Shown here: piece after piece, positions 37,418 to 49,932 of the stretch
How the letters are laid out: every line of letters begins with the position of its first letter
Position numbering within the stretch: the first letter of the stretch is position 1
Assembly: GCA_001662655.1 (NCBI GenBank)
Contig: KV460281.1
Length of the DNA: 64,000 bases
Reading direction: 5' to 3' (one strand)
Origin: Pseudogymnoascus verrucosus
Taxonomy: Eukaryota
The notes under the pieces: model-generated
Databases searched by the model: none
Told to the model about the DNA's origin: nothing
Seen by the model: the letters and a program-made list of their open reading frames with translations, nothing else
Made by a program: the position numbers and the translations under genes

Positions 37418-37764
37418 GAGGTTTTTTTGTTTTGTTTTTGCAAACATGGCTGTAATCTAGAATTATTAGCACGCGCTGGGCGCAAGTATATGTTGGCAAA
37501 ACTATTGTGATCTATAAAACACCGATACTTAGATATAGTGCTATTCTTTGTGAATTTAAACATGATGCTCCCAGCGAAACCCAGAGTAGGCATATAATGC
37601 ACCATACACTCCTTCATCCAACTAGCAAGTGATCGTATCTTCAAATAGCACACCACTATCTGTCATGCCTCGGTGTTATTGCAAAGCATTTATTTAAGAA
37701 ATACATCTTCTCTAGCCCAGTATCCGAGAAAGGGCGTGTGAACCACCCAAAAGGGGCCATACTC

Positions 37765-38349
37765 TTATAGATCTTGCGACCAGTGATGCCTCGCACTATC
37801 CATCTCCCGTTCCAGCATATTTATTTTCCAATCCTTAAGATTGAACAGCCCCTCCTTCAACTCCGTCTTGTCCCCACGCCATTTAAACGTGTTTCCAACA
37901 ACCTCCGTCCCATCCTCAAACTCGACAATACAACCTATCTGCACGTAACGATCTGTCTCGTAGGCCTGTAGTAGTTAATTTTCTTCAGGCGATTGGACTT
38001 CGTATGCCATGCCGTACACTGGCTCATCTGGCTCGCCGCCTACAAGAGCTGGACATTCGCCCCAGAGCTTGCAGTGATATCCACTAATCTTGGCTGGAAT
38101 GAGGCGAGGTAAGTTGTTGAGTTTCAAAACCTTGGCTAAAGTTTGGGGATCCATCAAGGTGCCGTAGAAGAAGTGAAATTCTTTGGAAAAGGCACGTTTT
38201 CGTAACGGCGGATATGAATAGTTGGACTCTTCTGCCTCCATGGATTTGCGGGTCGTTAACGAAGGTGGCCCGAGGTCTTTCATACCGTCCATAGGTGACG
38301 CCGCGATACTTTTTTCGGCAACTTTGCTGATGTTTTTACTGCTACTCAT
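37765..38349 (-). pseudogene. AIG2-like gamma-glutamylcyclotransferase interrupted by one in-frame TAA
   Basis: FFYGTLMDP, KLWGECPAL, VYGMAYEV, TAA at 37975-37977, then in frame LLQAYETDRY...TFKW...FNLKDW for 69 more codons. Confidence 0.8.
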
Positions 38350-38757
38350 GACGAATATGCAGGCGGAAATATATTAAGTGAGCGGCCTTTTTGAAGATAT
38401 GCTGTTAACACAAGACGGGTGGGCTGTTAAGGGACCATGGAATCACGTGGACATCCATATATTAACCACGCTCTAGAATACAGATTCCCAGGGTATCTCT
38501 TTAAATCACAGCCACTAGCCACCGGCACTAATCATATAGTGCTAAAGAAGGATATAAATATGACCCACTGGAGCAACAGTAGCTAATATAATAGCCGGCA
38601 CATCCCAGATGTCGCTTCGCCTCTAGAGATAGACTATACAAGCCCCTCAATGCTCTAAAACATTCCGGCCTCCTCCGAATCTAAGAAGACTCTCTTCGCA
38701 GTCGCCACGACACTGAATCTCACAAAGTATAGTGTCAATTTTGCCGATTACCACACC

Positions 38758-40658
38758 TTACTCGTTATCCTTAGGGTCAATGATGGTCGACTTGAACTTT
38801 CTAGCTGGAACCTTGCGGTTGAACAAGATATCGCTCTCGCGGTAGGAGCGATGCTTGAGCTCAGGTAGGAAGAAGAAAGCCATACCGAAGCAGACGCAAG
38901 CAGTACTGCCCCAGATATAACCGCACTTTCCTGCCAAGTTCCACCCTGTTGGGTTGAGCATCTGCGATGAGAGATAGATCATGGGGATCTCAGCGACATA
39001 GTAGGCGGCACGACCGACACCGGTACTCAAAGCACGAAGGCGAACGGATGATGTCTCCGCGATAATGGTGTAAGAGATCGGTCCGATAGCAAGGGCGTAA
39101 ATGAAGGAGATAGCTATACCTAGAACAGCCTGGGCGTAGTTGGTTGCCGAGCTTTGTGAGATAGACGCACAGATACCGAGGAGAAAGAGGAGGGTGACGT
39201 TGGTGGCTGTGCCATAGAGATAGATGGCTCGGCGATCGAACCAGTTGGTAAGAGGCCACGCGAGTATGTTAGCAATGAATTGAAGACACGCATTGATGAG
39301 GTTGAGCTGGAATGCCTTGTCGGTGTCAATCCCAGCCTCTGAGTGGCAGATTAGTCACACGTGTTGGAGAAGTTGTCGAAAGGAGAGCTACATACGTGTG
39401 AAGAAAAAAGTGGCCTGGTTCGCAATCAGGTTGCCAGCAAAGTTTTGTGACGCGTAGATCAAGCAGGTGATAATGGTTCGCCTTAAATCGGTGCCCTTAA
39501 CAAGATCGAGGAGAGTAGGGGAACCACCTGCCAAGTTCTCGATCTCAACAGTTCGTTCCATCATGGCAAGTGATTGTAGAGCATGGTCTTCAGATCCGCT
39601 GCCAAGGCGCTTGATGGAGCGAAGTGCCTCCTCTTTGCGTCCGTGACGAACAAGCCACCAGGGGGATTCGGGGGCGAAAAAGATAAGGATCAAGAGGGGG
39701 GTCTCCACAAGTCAGCTTCCGAAGGGCCAAGATCACATGGAGGGACTCACAGGGAAGATCCACTGCAGGGCAAGAGGTATTCTCCACGACCACTCACCCT
39801 TTTGCTGATTGAAGCTGTACGTGACGCCAGCGACAATAATTGATCCAATAGACCAACTCGTTTGCAAAGTAGCTGTGCAGGCTCCGCGAAGGACAAGAGG
39901 AACAATTTCGCTAGCGTAGGCGGGGGAATTTGCAATGAAGAGTCCCCAAGGAACACCCTCTAACGCCTGCCCTACCACAAGCAGGGCAAGCGAGTTGGCC
40001 TAAGTGGATCAGTCAGGGAATAAGATTATCAACATTAGGCTGGACTACTCACAAAAAAGGAAACGAAGATCGTGGCGTTCATGAGAATCAGGCCCATCAT
40101 AGTAGTCCAGCGGTAGCCAATGCGGTTAGTGATGGGACCAGCCAAAAAGACACCGACAAAAGCACCGCATTGCCCAGCTTGAAAGAGGGCACTCTGCCAT
40201 TTAGTTTCGATAGTCCAACCGTCTCCCTCGACCCAGACACCATAACGCTCTTTAAACGCGTCAATCACAATAAAATTTCCATTCAGGAACATATCAAACG
40301 ACTCCATGACCTGCTAGATGTCAGCGGTGTTCTTGGCAAAGACGCGTATTTTCGCAATTCGAATTATGGGAAACTAAGGCGAACCCCAAATGCGAGGAAA
40401 TGGACTCACGATGGTGAAGCACATTACAGACCCCCAAAAGCAAGCCCAGGGGTATTGTTTGACCGCAGCCAACATGCTCATCTCGTGTTCGCGGTTCTCG
40501 CCGTCGACAGCATCGTCCATAAGTTGCTGGTTAATCAAGACATCGGAATGTAGCACGTCTGCCTTGTCAGCCGCAACCTTCTCACCGACAGCGAACGTCT
40601 CATCGATTTGCTTGTCCTCGAGCGTTGCATCCTTTCGGTCGGTGATATCTGTCGACAT
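38758..40658 (-). CDS. Maltose/alpha-glucoside permease (sugar porter MFS), multi-exon
   Basis: ENREHEM, MESFD, YASEIVP..LRG, WRIPLALQW, APESPWWLVR, TDLRRT, AETSSVRLR and LPELKHRSYRE.D.LF. Confidence 0.9.
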
Positions 40659-41529
40659 ATTGAGGTTGCTCGCTATGCCACAACGTCGATGGGAAGGAAA
40701 CAGAAAAAAAAAGCTAGGAAAATGAAGGCGACTCGGGATCTTGTACCCCATCCATCTTTTACTCCACTTGTACATCCATGACCGATGTTCATTATCACCC
40801 ACCGAATTCGCGCACAAATGTAGCGCGCGTGATGCTCGGATTAACTACCATGTAATCAGCGACGTATTACCACATCGAGGGCTACGTATCCTACCTACTA
40901 CAACCAACTACCCCAGATGTTCCACTATAGCAACTGGCAGCTGCATTTTCCTCGTTCGAGTCCCGGCCCTAACTAAAAGCAAGTTCCTCGGCTAAGAACC
41001 TAAATAAAATACTCTTTCCGTTTATGGGTGAAACAGAGAAGAAAAGGGCCGAACACAGCATTGCCTTCCTTTTTCGTTAATGTCATAAATCAGCTCGTAA
41101 GGGAGCCAATTGGACGTTGATGGGGACTGGACAATGTCGGTTGGTCGTGGTGCGACGGCTCACGAAAAAATCCTCAAGTACCCTGTCCTGACCCCGCCAA
41201 CTTTCTCCAACGTAGCTTGCAAGGATGAGATCCTCGCCTTTGCCGTGGCTGCTCTAACTAAAGTAAGATAGTACTGTTGCATCTCAAACGAGGGGAAGGT
41301 ACTTCCTTATATATGGTAGCTTTCTCCACTATTCCACTCCGCATACTTATCCAGTCATCTAGAAACATCTGGACTTGTGAAGACATCAGAACCACCTTTG
41401 AAAGCCAACATAATTTACGAAAGTACAGTATATACGTAGCTTTCGCCATTTACCTAGCCTCGGCTATCAACACCCTCACCTCACAAGCTAATTTGCCGCC
41501 GATATTGCCAAATTGAAACCAATTCTCGT

Positions 41530-42210
41530 TACTTTAGACTTATACGCGATCCTTTGGTTGCGCGTCCCTTCCCTACTCGCCCTCCAAAGCGATCTTCTTC
41601 CTAAAGATACTCAACACCATGATCCACGACGGCTCAATTGTCAACGCGCGAGTCTGTGCCACAGTATCCCGGAACGGCTCGAGTGAGACGCAGCGCCCGC
41701 CTGCTCGCCCAATAGAGGCGTAGCATAGCTGCGTGGTATCAGCCTGGGAGACACAGTCTAGGGCGGAAGCTAGTTCGTTGGTGGTGTATGCGCGAATGTC
41801 GGCGGCACAGGTGGGGCTGTGGTAGTCGAAGACCCTTTCGGCACCAAAGCAGAGGACGTGATCGAAGTTTGAGGGCGAAGAGGTTGCAATTGGGCGGAGA
41901 CCAGGGGTAGTTGGCAAGAATCAGCATGGAATTGACTGCTCTACAAGGACAACTTGCAGTTTTAGAAGCTGGATCGCGCGCGTGCAAGTAGCCGTGCTTG
42001 CTCCTGCTACCAAGACAAATTCACCATCCTCCGCTTTGACTTAGTTTTCCCCCGACTGTCCACAAAGCAGTTGAAGCGAGACAAGAACGTGCAGTTCGTC
42101 GAAGAGACTCATCGAAGCAGTCGCAACACCCGTGCCAAATCTAGCAGCCTCCTCAAACGTCATCTTACCTGGGACTCTGAGTAGTATATCGGAACTATAC
42201 CAACACCACC
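41530..42210 (-). pseudogene. Trans-acting enoyl reductase (LovC-like MDR) pseudogene
   Basis: LLRVPGKMTFEEAA, stop at 42041-42043, degenerate VLVAGASTATCTRAIQLLK, GAERVFDYHSP, ALDC, IGRAGGRCVSLEPF, stop at 41573-41575. N- and C-termini missing. Confidence 0.85.
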
Positions 42211-42494
42211 ACACGAGCACCACTTTGGTCTTTTGGGCCACGCCCCATACCCCACTTGCGTCCTTCTAGTGCGCTCCTAATGGAAACATATCGACACATA
42301 TAGATCTATATTCCGACTCAACTTCTATGAGATCAAGACACAGGTATATCTAATTATTTGAAGTGGCTGTGTGTTTGTAATGACTGATTTTGTTTCTATT
42401 ATACAGCAAGCTCTCCGTCCCAAGACCATCTCAGCGCTGGCTCACAACTAACGGAGACGGGTACTGTATATGCAGACCGTAACGGTAGAGCAGG

Positions 42495-44171
42495 TCAAAT
42501 GTGCAGCGTTTGTCGAAGTCTCTCCAGCCGCTGCTGAACCTCGATCTCCAAATCACTCATCGCCTCTCTATTGGCATCTATACCCGGCTGGTCAAAAATG
42601 AAAGGGCCGTTTTCTTGTGATGACACCGGCAGAAGATGGGGCGACAAGTATAAAGCAACGGCTTGATGTTGGCGTTTGATTAGGTACGAGCAGAGCCTCA
42701 GAACCAAGACCAGCCTGATATCAGCTAGTGCCGCTACGTCCATATCAGCGTTGGCTTCAACGTATTTATGAGGCAGGGAGGAACTCCTCAGATCCACGTC
42801 GTGCTGTAGGACGATGAGTACTGCAGCATGGATATTTAGGAGGAGTGTGTTGCATGCGATAACAAGATGGCGGACGACGGTGCTACAGCACTGGCTCGGT
42901 CGGCGTACGTGGTTCGATAGCCCATTGTTGAGCTCGAAGCATGGGAGGTTTTCGCTAGTTGTCGATTCCATGGATTGCGGGGTGCTGCTTTCCCAGAAGT
43001 CTCTGTTACCAACTCGTTCAGTAGACGCTGTAGTGGACGTGGAGACTGTGAAACTATTGTAGGAGATGCCATTTTGTATGTCGACTTTTATGCCTCGTAG
43101 AATTTCAAGGAGGCGGTGGGAGGCGGAGAATGCGTTGTGTAGGATATTACCCATTGTCGTCGTTTCTGGCGATGGGCTCTGAAGACTGTCCTGAGATGAG
43201 AAATTCATATTTGCGGAAACATCGACGAGCCAGGCGGTCACCGATTTGAAGGCGACATCATCTATGAGCGGGCTTTGGCGTGAATAGTTGCGGTCCCTTG
43301 ATTGGCATGATGACGCCACTGCTTCGGCCAAGTTGCAGCTTGAGCGATACAACGGGTAGAGTCGCGAGCTTAGCTGGGACAGCTGCGCGATACCAAATTC
43401 AGGGCCGTTTCTGTCAATTTCTATGCTGCTGTTGCTGTTTATATCAAAGCCACCATTTCCAGAATAGTGGTCATGCTCATTGAGGCGACGAGTTGGTGAC
43501 AGAGGCCTTCCTCGCGCGCTACTGCTCACTTCGCTGTTTGGCGAAGAAATCGACTGAACGAAATTCGGGACATCATCCCAGACTACTGCTCCGGGATCAG
43601 TTTGGGGGTCAACAATGCTGTGCAGGTTTGAATTCTGGTGGCTCCCATCTATCAGCATATCGTTCCAGTTTAAAGGAGCTAACCATGGGCAAGTAGAGGC
43701 GTCCATGGGCCCAAACATTATTGTGTCGTCATTCACATCGACGCTTGTATTTGAATTGTAATTGTTATTGGTATTGACATTGGCATTGGTACTAGTACTG
43801 GCATTTGGGTTCGCATTGACATGTATGTCAGCTTTTTCATCGGCTTCGGTATTGGCGTTGGTATTGGAATTGGCAGAAGGAAGAGGTTCTCTTGGAAGTT
43901 TGCCCTGCATCACTGGAGAGACTGGCGTTATAGGCATGGGAGGCATTGGTTGAGGACTCGAAGCCGCAATCGATTCATCAGCCAAGCGGTACATGCTAGG
44001 GCGACCTTTGGGCAAGCTTGAGCTATACAGACACTGCGCCCCTTGGCGGATGCACCTATTGCATGCGCTTGTCTCGCGTTTGTTAACTCGTGTGCAACGA
44101 AGCTTCTGGCCATGGCATCGATTGCACGACTGTCGTCTTGGGGGCGTCGCCGAGTTCGAAGTTGGCGCCAT
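42495..44171 (-). CDS. Zn(II)2Cys6 transcription factor, secondary-metabolite pathway-specific type
   Basis: RQSCNRCHGQKLRC..CNRCIRQGAQC followed by PKGRP and an Asn-rich linker. Uninterrupted ORF; probable ATG at 44171. Confidence 0.92.
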   Translation of the reverse strand: MAPTSNSATPPRRQSCNRCHGQKLRCTRVNKRETSACNRCIRQGAQCLYSSSLPKGRPSMYRLADESIAASSPQPMPPMPITPVSPVMQGKLPREPLPSANSNTNANTEADEKADIHVNANPNASTSTNANVNTNNNYNSNTSVDVNDDTIMFGPMDASTCPWLAPLNWNDMLIDGSHQNSNLHSIVDPQTDPGAVVWDDVPNFVQSISSPNSEVSSSARGRPLSPTRRLNEHDHYSGNGGFDINSNSSIEIDRNGPEFGIAQLSQLSSRLYPLYRSSCNLAEAVASSCQSRDRNYSRQSPLIDDVAFKSVTAWLVDVSANMNFSSQDSLQSPSPETTTMGNILHNAFSASHRLLEILRGIKVDIQNGISYNSFTVSTSTTASTERVGNRDFWESSTPQSMESTTSENLPCFELNNGLSNHVRRPSQCCSTVVRHLVIACNTLLLNIHAAVLIVLQHDVDLRSSSLPHKYVEANADMDVAALADIRLVLVLRLCSYLIKRQHQAVALYLSPHLLPVSSQENGPFIFDQPGIDANREAMSDLEIEVQQRLERLRQTLHI

Positions 44172-46284
44172 GACATAAACGTGTAATCCTGCCAGTCCTG
44201 AGATAATTATGTGCTCAATTGTATCAGTACCGCTCTCCTGAGATATCGCGCCTAGTTTACTGTAAGCACTTAGCAGCCCCAAGGCTTATGTTGTGAGAAA
44301 CAGTGCGCCAGTTAATTTAGATTCGTGGTGTGCAGTGCGGGCAGACTAATTATACCACCCGAGAGATTTTGTCGGACGAGTAATGAAATAAAAAGCTGTG
44401 CGAACGATGTTTCCGAGTTGACAGCTTGATTGACGACCCATAGCGAAGCGTTGCTATTTATGTGTCGTTGAGTTATCTGCGGAGCACTTCCAAGTTTTCC
44501 AGGTCACAACTTGAAGTGCTGTGCATGTAACCGCTGTCGATTATGGATGCGAGAACATGGAATACTGACGGGGTTTAATTTCACGTACATCTTAGAACAT
44601 TCCATGAATATTTTAGAACAGCAGCATCTGCACGATTATTGCAACACTTGTCCATGGGCGTCTGCACGATTATTAAACCGGTATACGCGATCATCGAATC
44701 GGGGTTTAGCTCGATTCGAAATATCGTCTAATATCATCCACGTATTGCTTTTGATGTACACATGATTATTGCATTGGCTAGCAATGACTTCTACATATGT
44801 TGATCGAAGCACCAAGGGCAAACTCTAGTGCGTTGACTCGCACGCCTTGGAACTAGATGTTATAGGCTAAACAACACACCGTTCCTCTCTCTATATGTTG
44901 AGCACCAGGAACCAAGTAGGAACACGCACGACCTGAGGAGCACATAGCGCCTCTTGGGAACTTGAAATCATCTTACTGGTCGGTTCGGGTAATTAGTTCG
45001 AAAGCCAATGCTTTAGCGCACGCCACAATGTTTTGCAAATGCTACGATCTTTGCTTCATTCGTTAAAGCGTTGGTGGCGAGGCAGACATTGCTTGCTCCA
45101 GCATTCCACACGAGCGTATCTATGCAATTTGACTACCTCGTGGTCCAAGATGGACTAATCAGAAGGCAGAAAGTAAGCAACATGCAACGAATGAGCGGGT
45201 GATCTAAGTATGCGCCACTCCCCCACATAGTAGAACCTGCCTACATATTAAACCCACTTTAATAGAGTACAAAATTCTGGTGCTTTACAGTAGTAAGGCG
45301 GGACCACGGCAGCGTTACAGGAACAGGATTATACACATGAAGGCTCCACCCGCTATAGCTTATAAGTATGTTAGCGCTTTGAGGCCGCATCTCTAAAACC
45401 AAAAGGGGTCGCTTCCAATGCGACCTGGAGTGGTGGCCGCGAGCTTTGTGGCCTTCATGAATATACGAGGGCATACTGGGGATATAACAAGCTTATCCGA
45501 AGCCAACGAGGAGAGAAAAATGCCCACCTAATAGAATTTAGTTGCTCAGTCGCGAAGATCCTCGTGCGGAACACTCTTGCAACGTTGTATCTATTACCCA
45601 TCATGGGCTACTAGCGGTTTACGGGGACCAAAGGGCTACGTCTCTCGTACATAGACCTGCTCATCACCAAGTGCAGTTCTATATTCAAGACTTGTAAACG
45701 TGGGATGGATTTTTCCCACTGTCATCATTACTCCAATTCGAAATAAGACTTTAGACACGGAAATGATGCAAGGAATCATCACCTTGGATATTAGGAAGTA
45801 GCGGGGACGCATCCACAGCTTAGATGCATATGATAAATATAATGATTATGACGGATTTAAGGTACCAAATGGCTCTTTTAAAGTTCTCCGAGTACAATGG
45901 TAGACGCCCCTTTCCTTCGAACTTCCATGACTATGTAGTCCAAGATATCGGTAGGTGACGCTACTATTAAAGCCAATGTTGCTGAGTATAATGCAGAGCT
46001 GCTTGAAAGAGACTCTGAGGCGGTGCGGAATTCTAGGAATGAACAGTCGGGTAAAGACTCAAGATGGACAGGCTAAGTTTATGTCGGCAGCCCAGGAGGT
46101 GAATCCACTGCTTACGGGAAATATCGTGCCAGGAGTAAAACATTTTGATTGCCAGGTATATAAATAACGATCCTACTCCTATTTACATACTCTAATATTA
46201 TATCATTTATTTGAATATTTCCCGAGGTAGTAAAGTGTAATGCCACCCTTTCGTAAAAATAAACTCCACTACGGATGATAATAA

Positions 46285-47598
46285 TTATAAACACTATTTT
46301 AATGTCAATATTAGCCCTACTCAAGACAGACTATGTCTAATGCTCTTATTTAGAAACATGAGTTTATAGTGATAGAAACTTACTTGAGAATACCATTCGT
46401 TGGCGGGCTTGCAAGTGTAAGGTGACTCGCATACTGTAGGACCTGTCCACCCATTACCACCACTGTAAATATAAAGGTTAGCAATATTATTGAGGCTGTC
46501 TACCAACTACTGTCAAGACTTACCATTGTCCCCAATGGGGCGAAGTTGGAGCACCAGGATTTGTGCCAGTTGATGTCGTCGTGGGCGGGTTAGAAGTGGT
46601 TGTCGTACCTGAAGGGGCAGTGGTAGTTGTTGCCGATGGAGGATTTCCAGAACCTGGAATACCAAACCATGCCAAATCGTCGTCGGTTCGTACAGGTGGG
46701 GTGTGGCCTACGTTGTTGCAAGAGATGCCTACCAGTTTCGTACCATCGCCGTATATCATTTTTGTATAGCCTGAGATGGGCGTATTTGCTACACTGTGAT
46801 CAAATGATACCCCAAGCACATTGGACCACTGCTTCAACTGCTCGTTAAAATTCGCATAGGCCAGGGTTGTATCGACGGTCCCGTGATAACTGTTAAAATG
46901 CAGGTTAATCAAGAACTGAGAGGGGAGCGTTGGCAAACATACATAAGCAAATTTGGACGGCTTCCGGAATATCCAGGATAATATCCGCGGGCTTGATCGC
47001 CCCACTGCTGCGCCGTCTTAATTAAAGTTCCTCCGGAGCACTGACTATTCCAACCAGGTGACCCCGTAGTAGCGCCTGCGACATAGAAACAGCCATCCGG
47101 AACGCCTCCATAGATCACGCCAGCTTTGAAAATATCTGGATAAGCACCAGCCAGGACGTTGGTCATCATCGCTCCAGAGCTAGTACCAGTCATATATACT
47201 CTGTTTGCATCGCCGCCGTAATTAGCTATGGCGTATTTAACCATGTTTACAATAATCTGGCTATCACCACCACCATTGTGTGTAAGTGTTTGTGTTGAGG
47301 AGATGTCCCAGCATCCTGGATGGTTTGGGTAGATGACAATAAATCCGTATTTGTCCGCGCTTTGAGCATATCCCTGGGTTTGGCTAAAGTAGCCAGATCC
47401 AGTGCCGCCACACATGTGTATTGCAACAACGATGGGCGCCAAAGCGAGTTTGTTAGTTGGTATGTAGACATACATCGTCGGTGCTGTTGGTGTTGAGACA
47501 AAGCCGGTGACTTGCTGGAGGGATGATGAGAGGGCATTTACGAGTGGTATAGCGGCTATTGCAGCTATAGCTGTGATGAGTTTCGTGCCTGAAAACAT
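46285..47598 (-). CDS. axeA: CE1 acetyl xylan esterase with C-terminal CBM1
   Basis: Signal peptide, CWD, GDSQ.I..MV, nucleophile elbow GTSSG, HGTVD, GVGH-like motif and S/T linker. CBM1 [30 protein letters not shown]; last exon TGTTTATAA at 46293-46285. Confidence 0.92.
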
Positions 47599-48301
47599 AC
47601 TGGCGACGTAGCTTTGCTGCTGCTTTGGGAATACTGGGAAAATTGTAGATGCTGATGGAGTTTAAAGAAAGAACAACTTTGCAGATGCCAAGAGGGTTAT
47701 TTATATGTACAATGGTTAAAGTTTATGCTTATCCCGCATGTAATAGGCTATGTACGCCTCAGTACATATATCTGGATTCACTATATGGCTACCTCACTGC
47801 TAATCTAAAACAATGGTATTAGATTCCATGAATAGAAAGACTAAGCTACTTTTTTTTTGGGTCAACAGATCCTTATTATAATTTTAGCCTCAAAAATTCC
47901 CACAAAAGCCAAGGATTTCACGAGACATACAGGTACCCCGCACTTTCATATTTATTCGTCCTAGTTTATATTATAATTAACTTTGGGCTCTTATGCACCT
48001 AGTTTAGGCTGTGGATAACCGCCACCTTTTAGGAATATGCCAAGGTATTGCTAAAATATGATTGCTCTTGCTACATTGGTCCCAACAGTTAGACCACGTA
48101 GCATTAGGCACAAAAATAAATCGATCGATCCACCCCCCCCCCTTTGTAGTGTTTGCCCGTTTAGTTCTACAAATAATATTGTCTAGCAATGGTATTAGTT
48201 GTTAACGGCATATGCTACTCTGATATGTGTTGATATAGCAGCTCCCATGCAGTACAAACATGTGATCCTCATTACTTCCACCGGTTCACACACGTTTAAA
48301 A

Positions 48302-49932
48302 TCAAACGACTGATGTAACACCAGCCTTCTCCTCAGACGTCGCTTCCTTGGTGATATTATCATCGCCGCGGTCCGTGATACCGATCTCAGTCTCGCCAAA
48401 GGAGTCAACGACGTTTTTATACGCTGGTACAAAGTTAACACACAGAGCATAGCTCCACGATGCAATCAAGAACACCATCGGCACAACCATAGCAATACCA
48501 CTGCCTTTTGCATCTCCAACTGCGAAAGCTATTGGAGGAACACAAGCACCGCCCGCGACACCACCAACAATGAATCCGCTTCCACGCTTGGTGTGCCTGC
48601 CCAGACCACGCATACCGAGGGCGACAATAGTGGGGAAGCAGACCGACTCAAAGAAGAGAACCACGAAGAGCATGGCCACGCCAGTGTTTTCACGTTGAGT
48701 AATGACAGGACCACTGAAGACAATGCACATCGTCAAGAAGGCAAGGAATACCCAACGCGGCCGGACGTAACGCATGAGAGCACTGCCGACAAATCTACCC
48801 AGCGCAAAAGCGCCCTGAGCACCAGCAAATAACTTTGAGCTGGTAGAACTACTACGACCAGGCTTGGTATAATCAGCGTAGTTGATAAAGCCAGCAGCAA
48901 AGGCGACTTGTGCTCCCGTGTAGCAGAACTGCGCGAAGGTGGCGTGGAAAAGCTTGTACTGCTTGTAGAAAGGCTTGTCGTCGGCTTCTGTGTGCGTTAC
49001 CTCGACCTGGAATGCCATATCTACCCAATGTTAGCTGATTTAGGCATATTGTAGGCAAAGTTCTGGGTCATGAACATACCCGCGTCGGTAATCTCGGGGA
49101 TATCTGCAAAATAAAATGCTGTGGCCAAGAGGAGGACGAAGGCGGCGATGGCAACATAAACCCATTGCACATTGTCAAGGGCCTTTTCATCGCTAAAATT
49201 AAAGAAGACATATGAGCCCAGGACTGGCGCGACGACGGTGCCAATGCCGTTGAATGCTTGGGCAATGTTGATGCGAATCTCGGCGTATTTCGGCGGGCCG
49301 CAGACTGGACGCAATCACCAAAGTTAGCCAACCATAATGCGACCACAAAGTGTACAAGTACCGACCTGTAATGAATGGATTGGCTGCCGTTTCTAACGAT
49401 CCCAGACCATTGCCAATGATAAAAATGCATGCGCAGAAGCCCCCAAACGAAGCTTTCTTCAACGCGGCAATGGCAAGAAGCGCACCCACGGCGTATAAGC
49501 AGAGGCCCCAAATGAAGACAGCGCGATAGCCATAATGGCGAAGGATCCAGGCGGCATGGCCGACGGAAGCAAGCGGATATGCGCTGAAAGTGACTGGTTA
49601 GCTTTTGCTGTGGTCGTGAAGATGTTGAGGGAGCATTTGCCAGTTGGTGGCTTTCGGCTCTCTTCATTAACTGGGTCTTCATTAACTGGGCTAACATACC
49701 CAAAGTAGGCGGCCTGAAGACCTGACGAACGCGCCTGGTTAATATTCAGGACGTTCTGGAAATGTTTGTTGAGAGTATCTAGCAGGCCGTAACTGAAACC
49801 CCAGAGAAAAAAGAGGACGGTGACGAGGCAGATGGGGAAAATTGACTGGCGTAGAGTCAGTTCCGCAGCTGCTGTACGGCGAGAATCGTCAGCCTTAAGT
49901 GAGCGTCTCTTGAAGAACCCTTCAGTGCCCAT
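48302..49932 (-). CDS. Fucose:H+ symporter (FHS/FucP) family sugar permease
   Basis: LFFLWGFSYGLLDTLNKHFQ, LQAAYFGAY, LETAANPFI, RINIAQAFNG, QFCYTGAQV, GRF and FESVCFPTI. Three introns. Confidence 0.92.

Noticed and set aside
40953..40966. GTTCGAGTCCCGG, T-loop-like sequence
   Set aside because: No pairing T-stem or cloverleaf.
49661..49690. 15-bp direct repeat TCTTCATTAACTGGG x2
   Set aside because: An intronic slippage duplication with no evident consequence.
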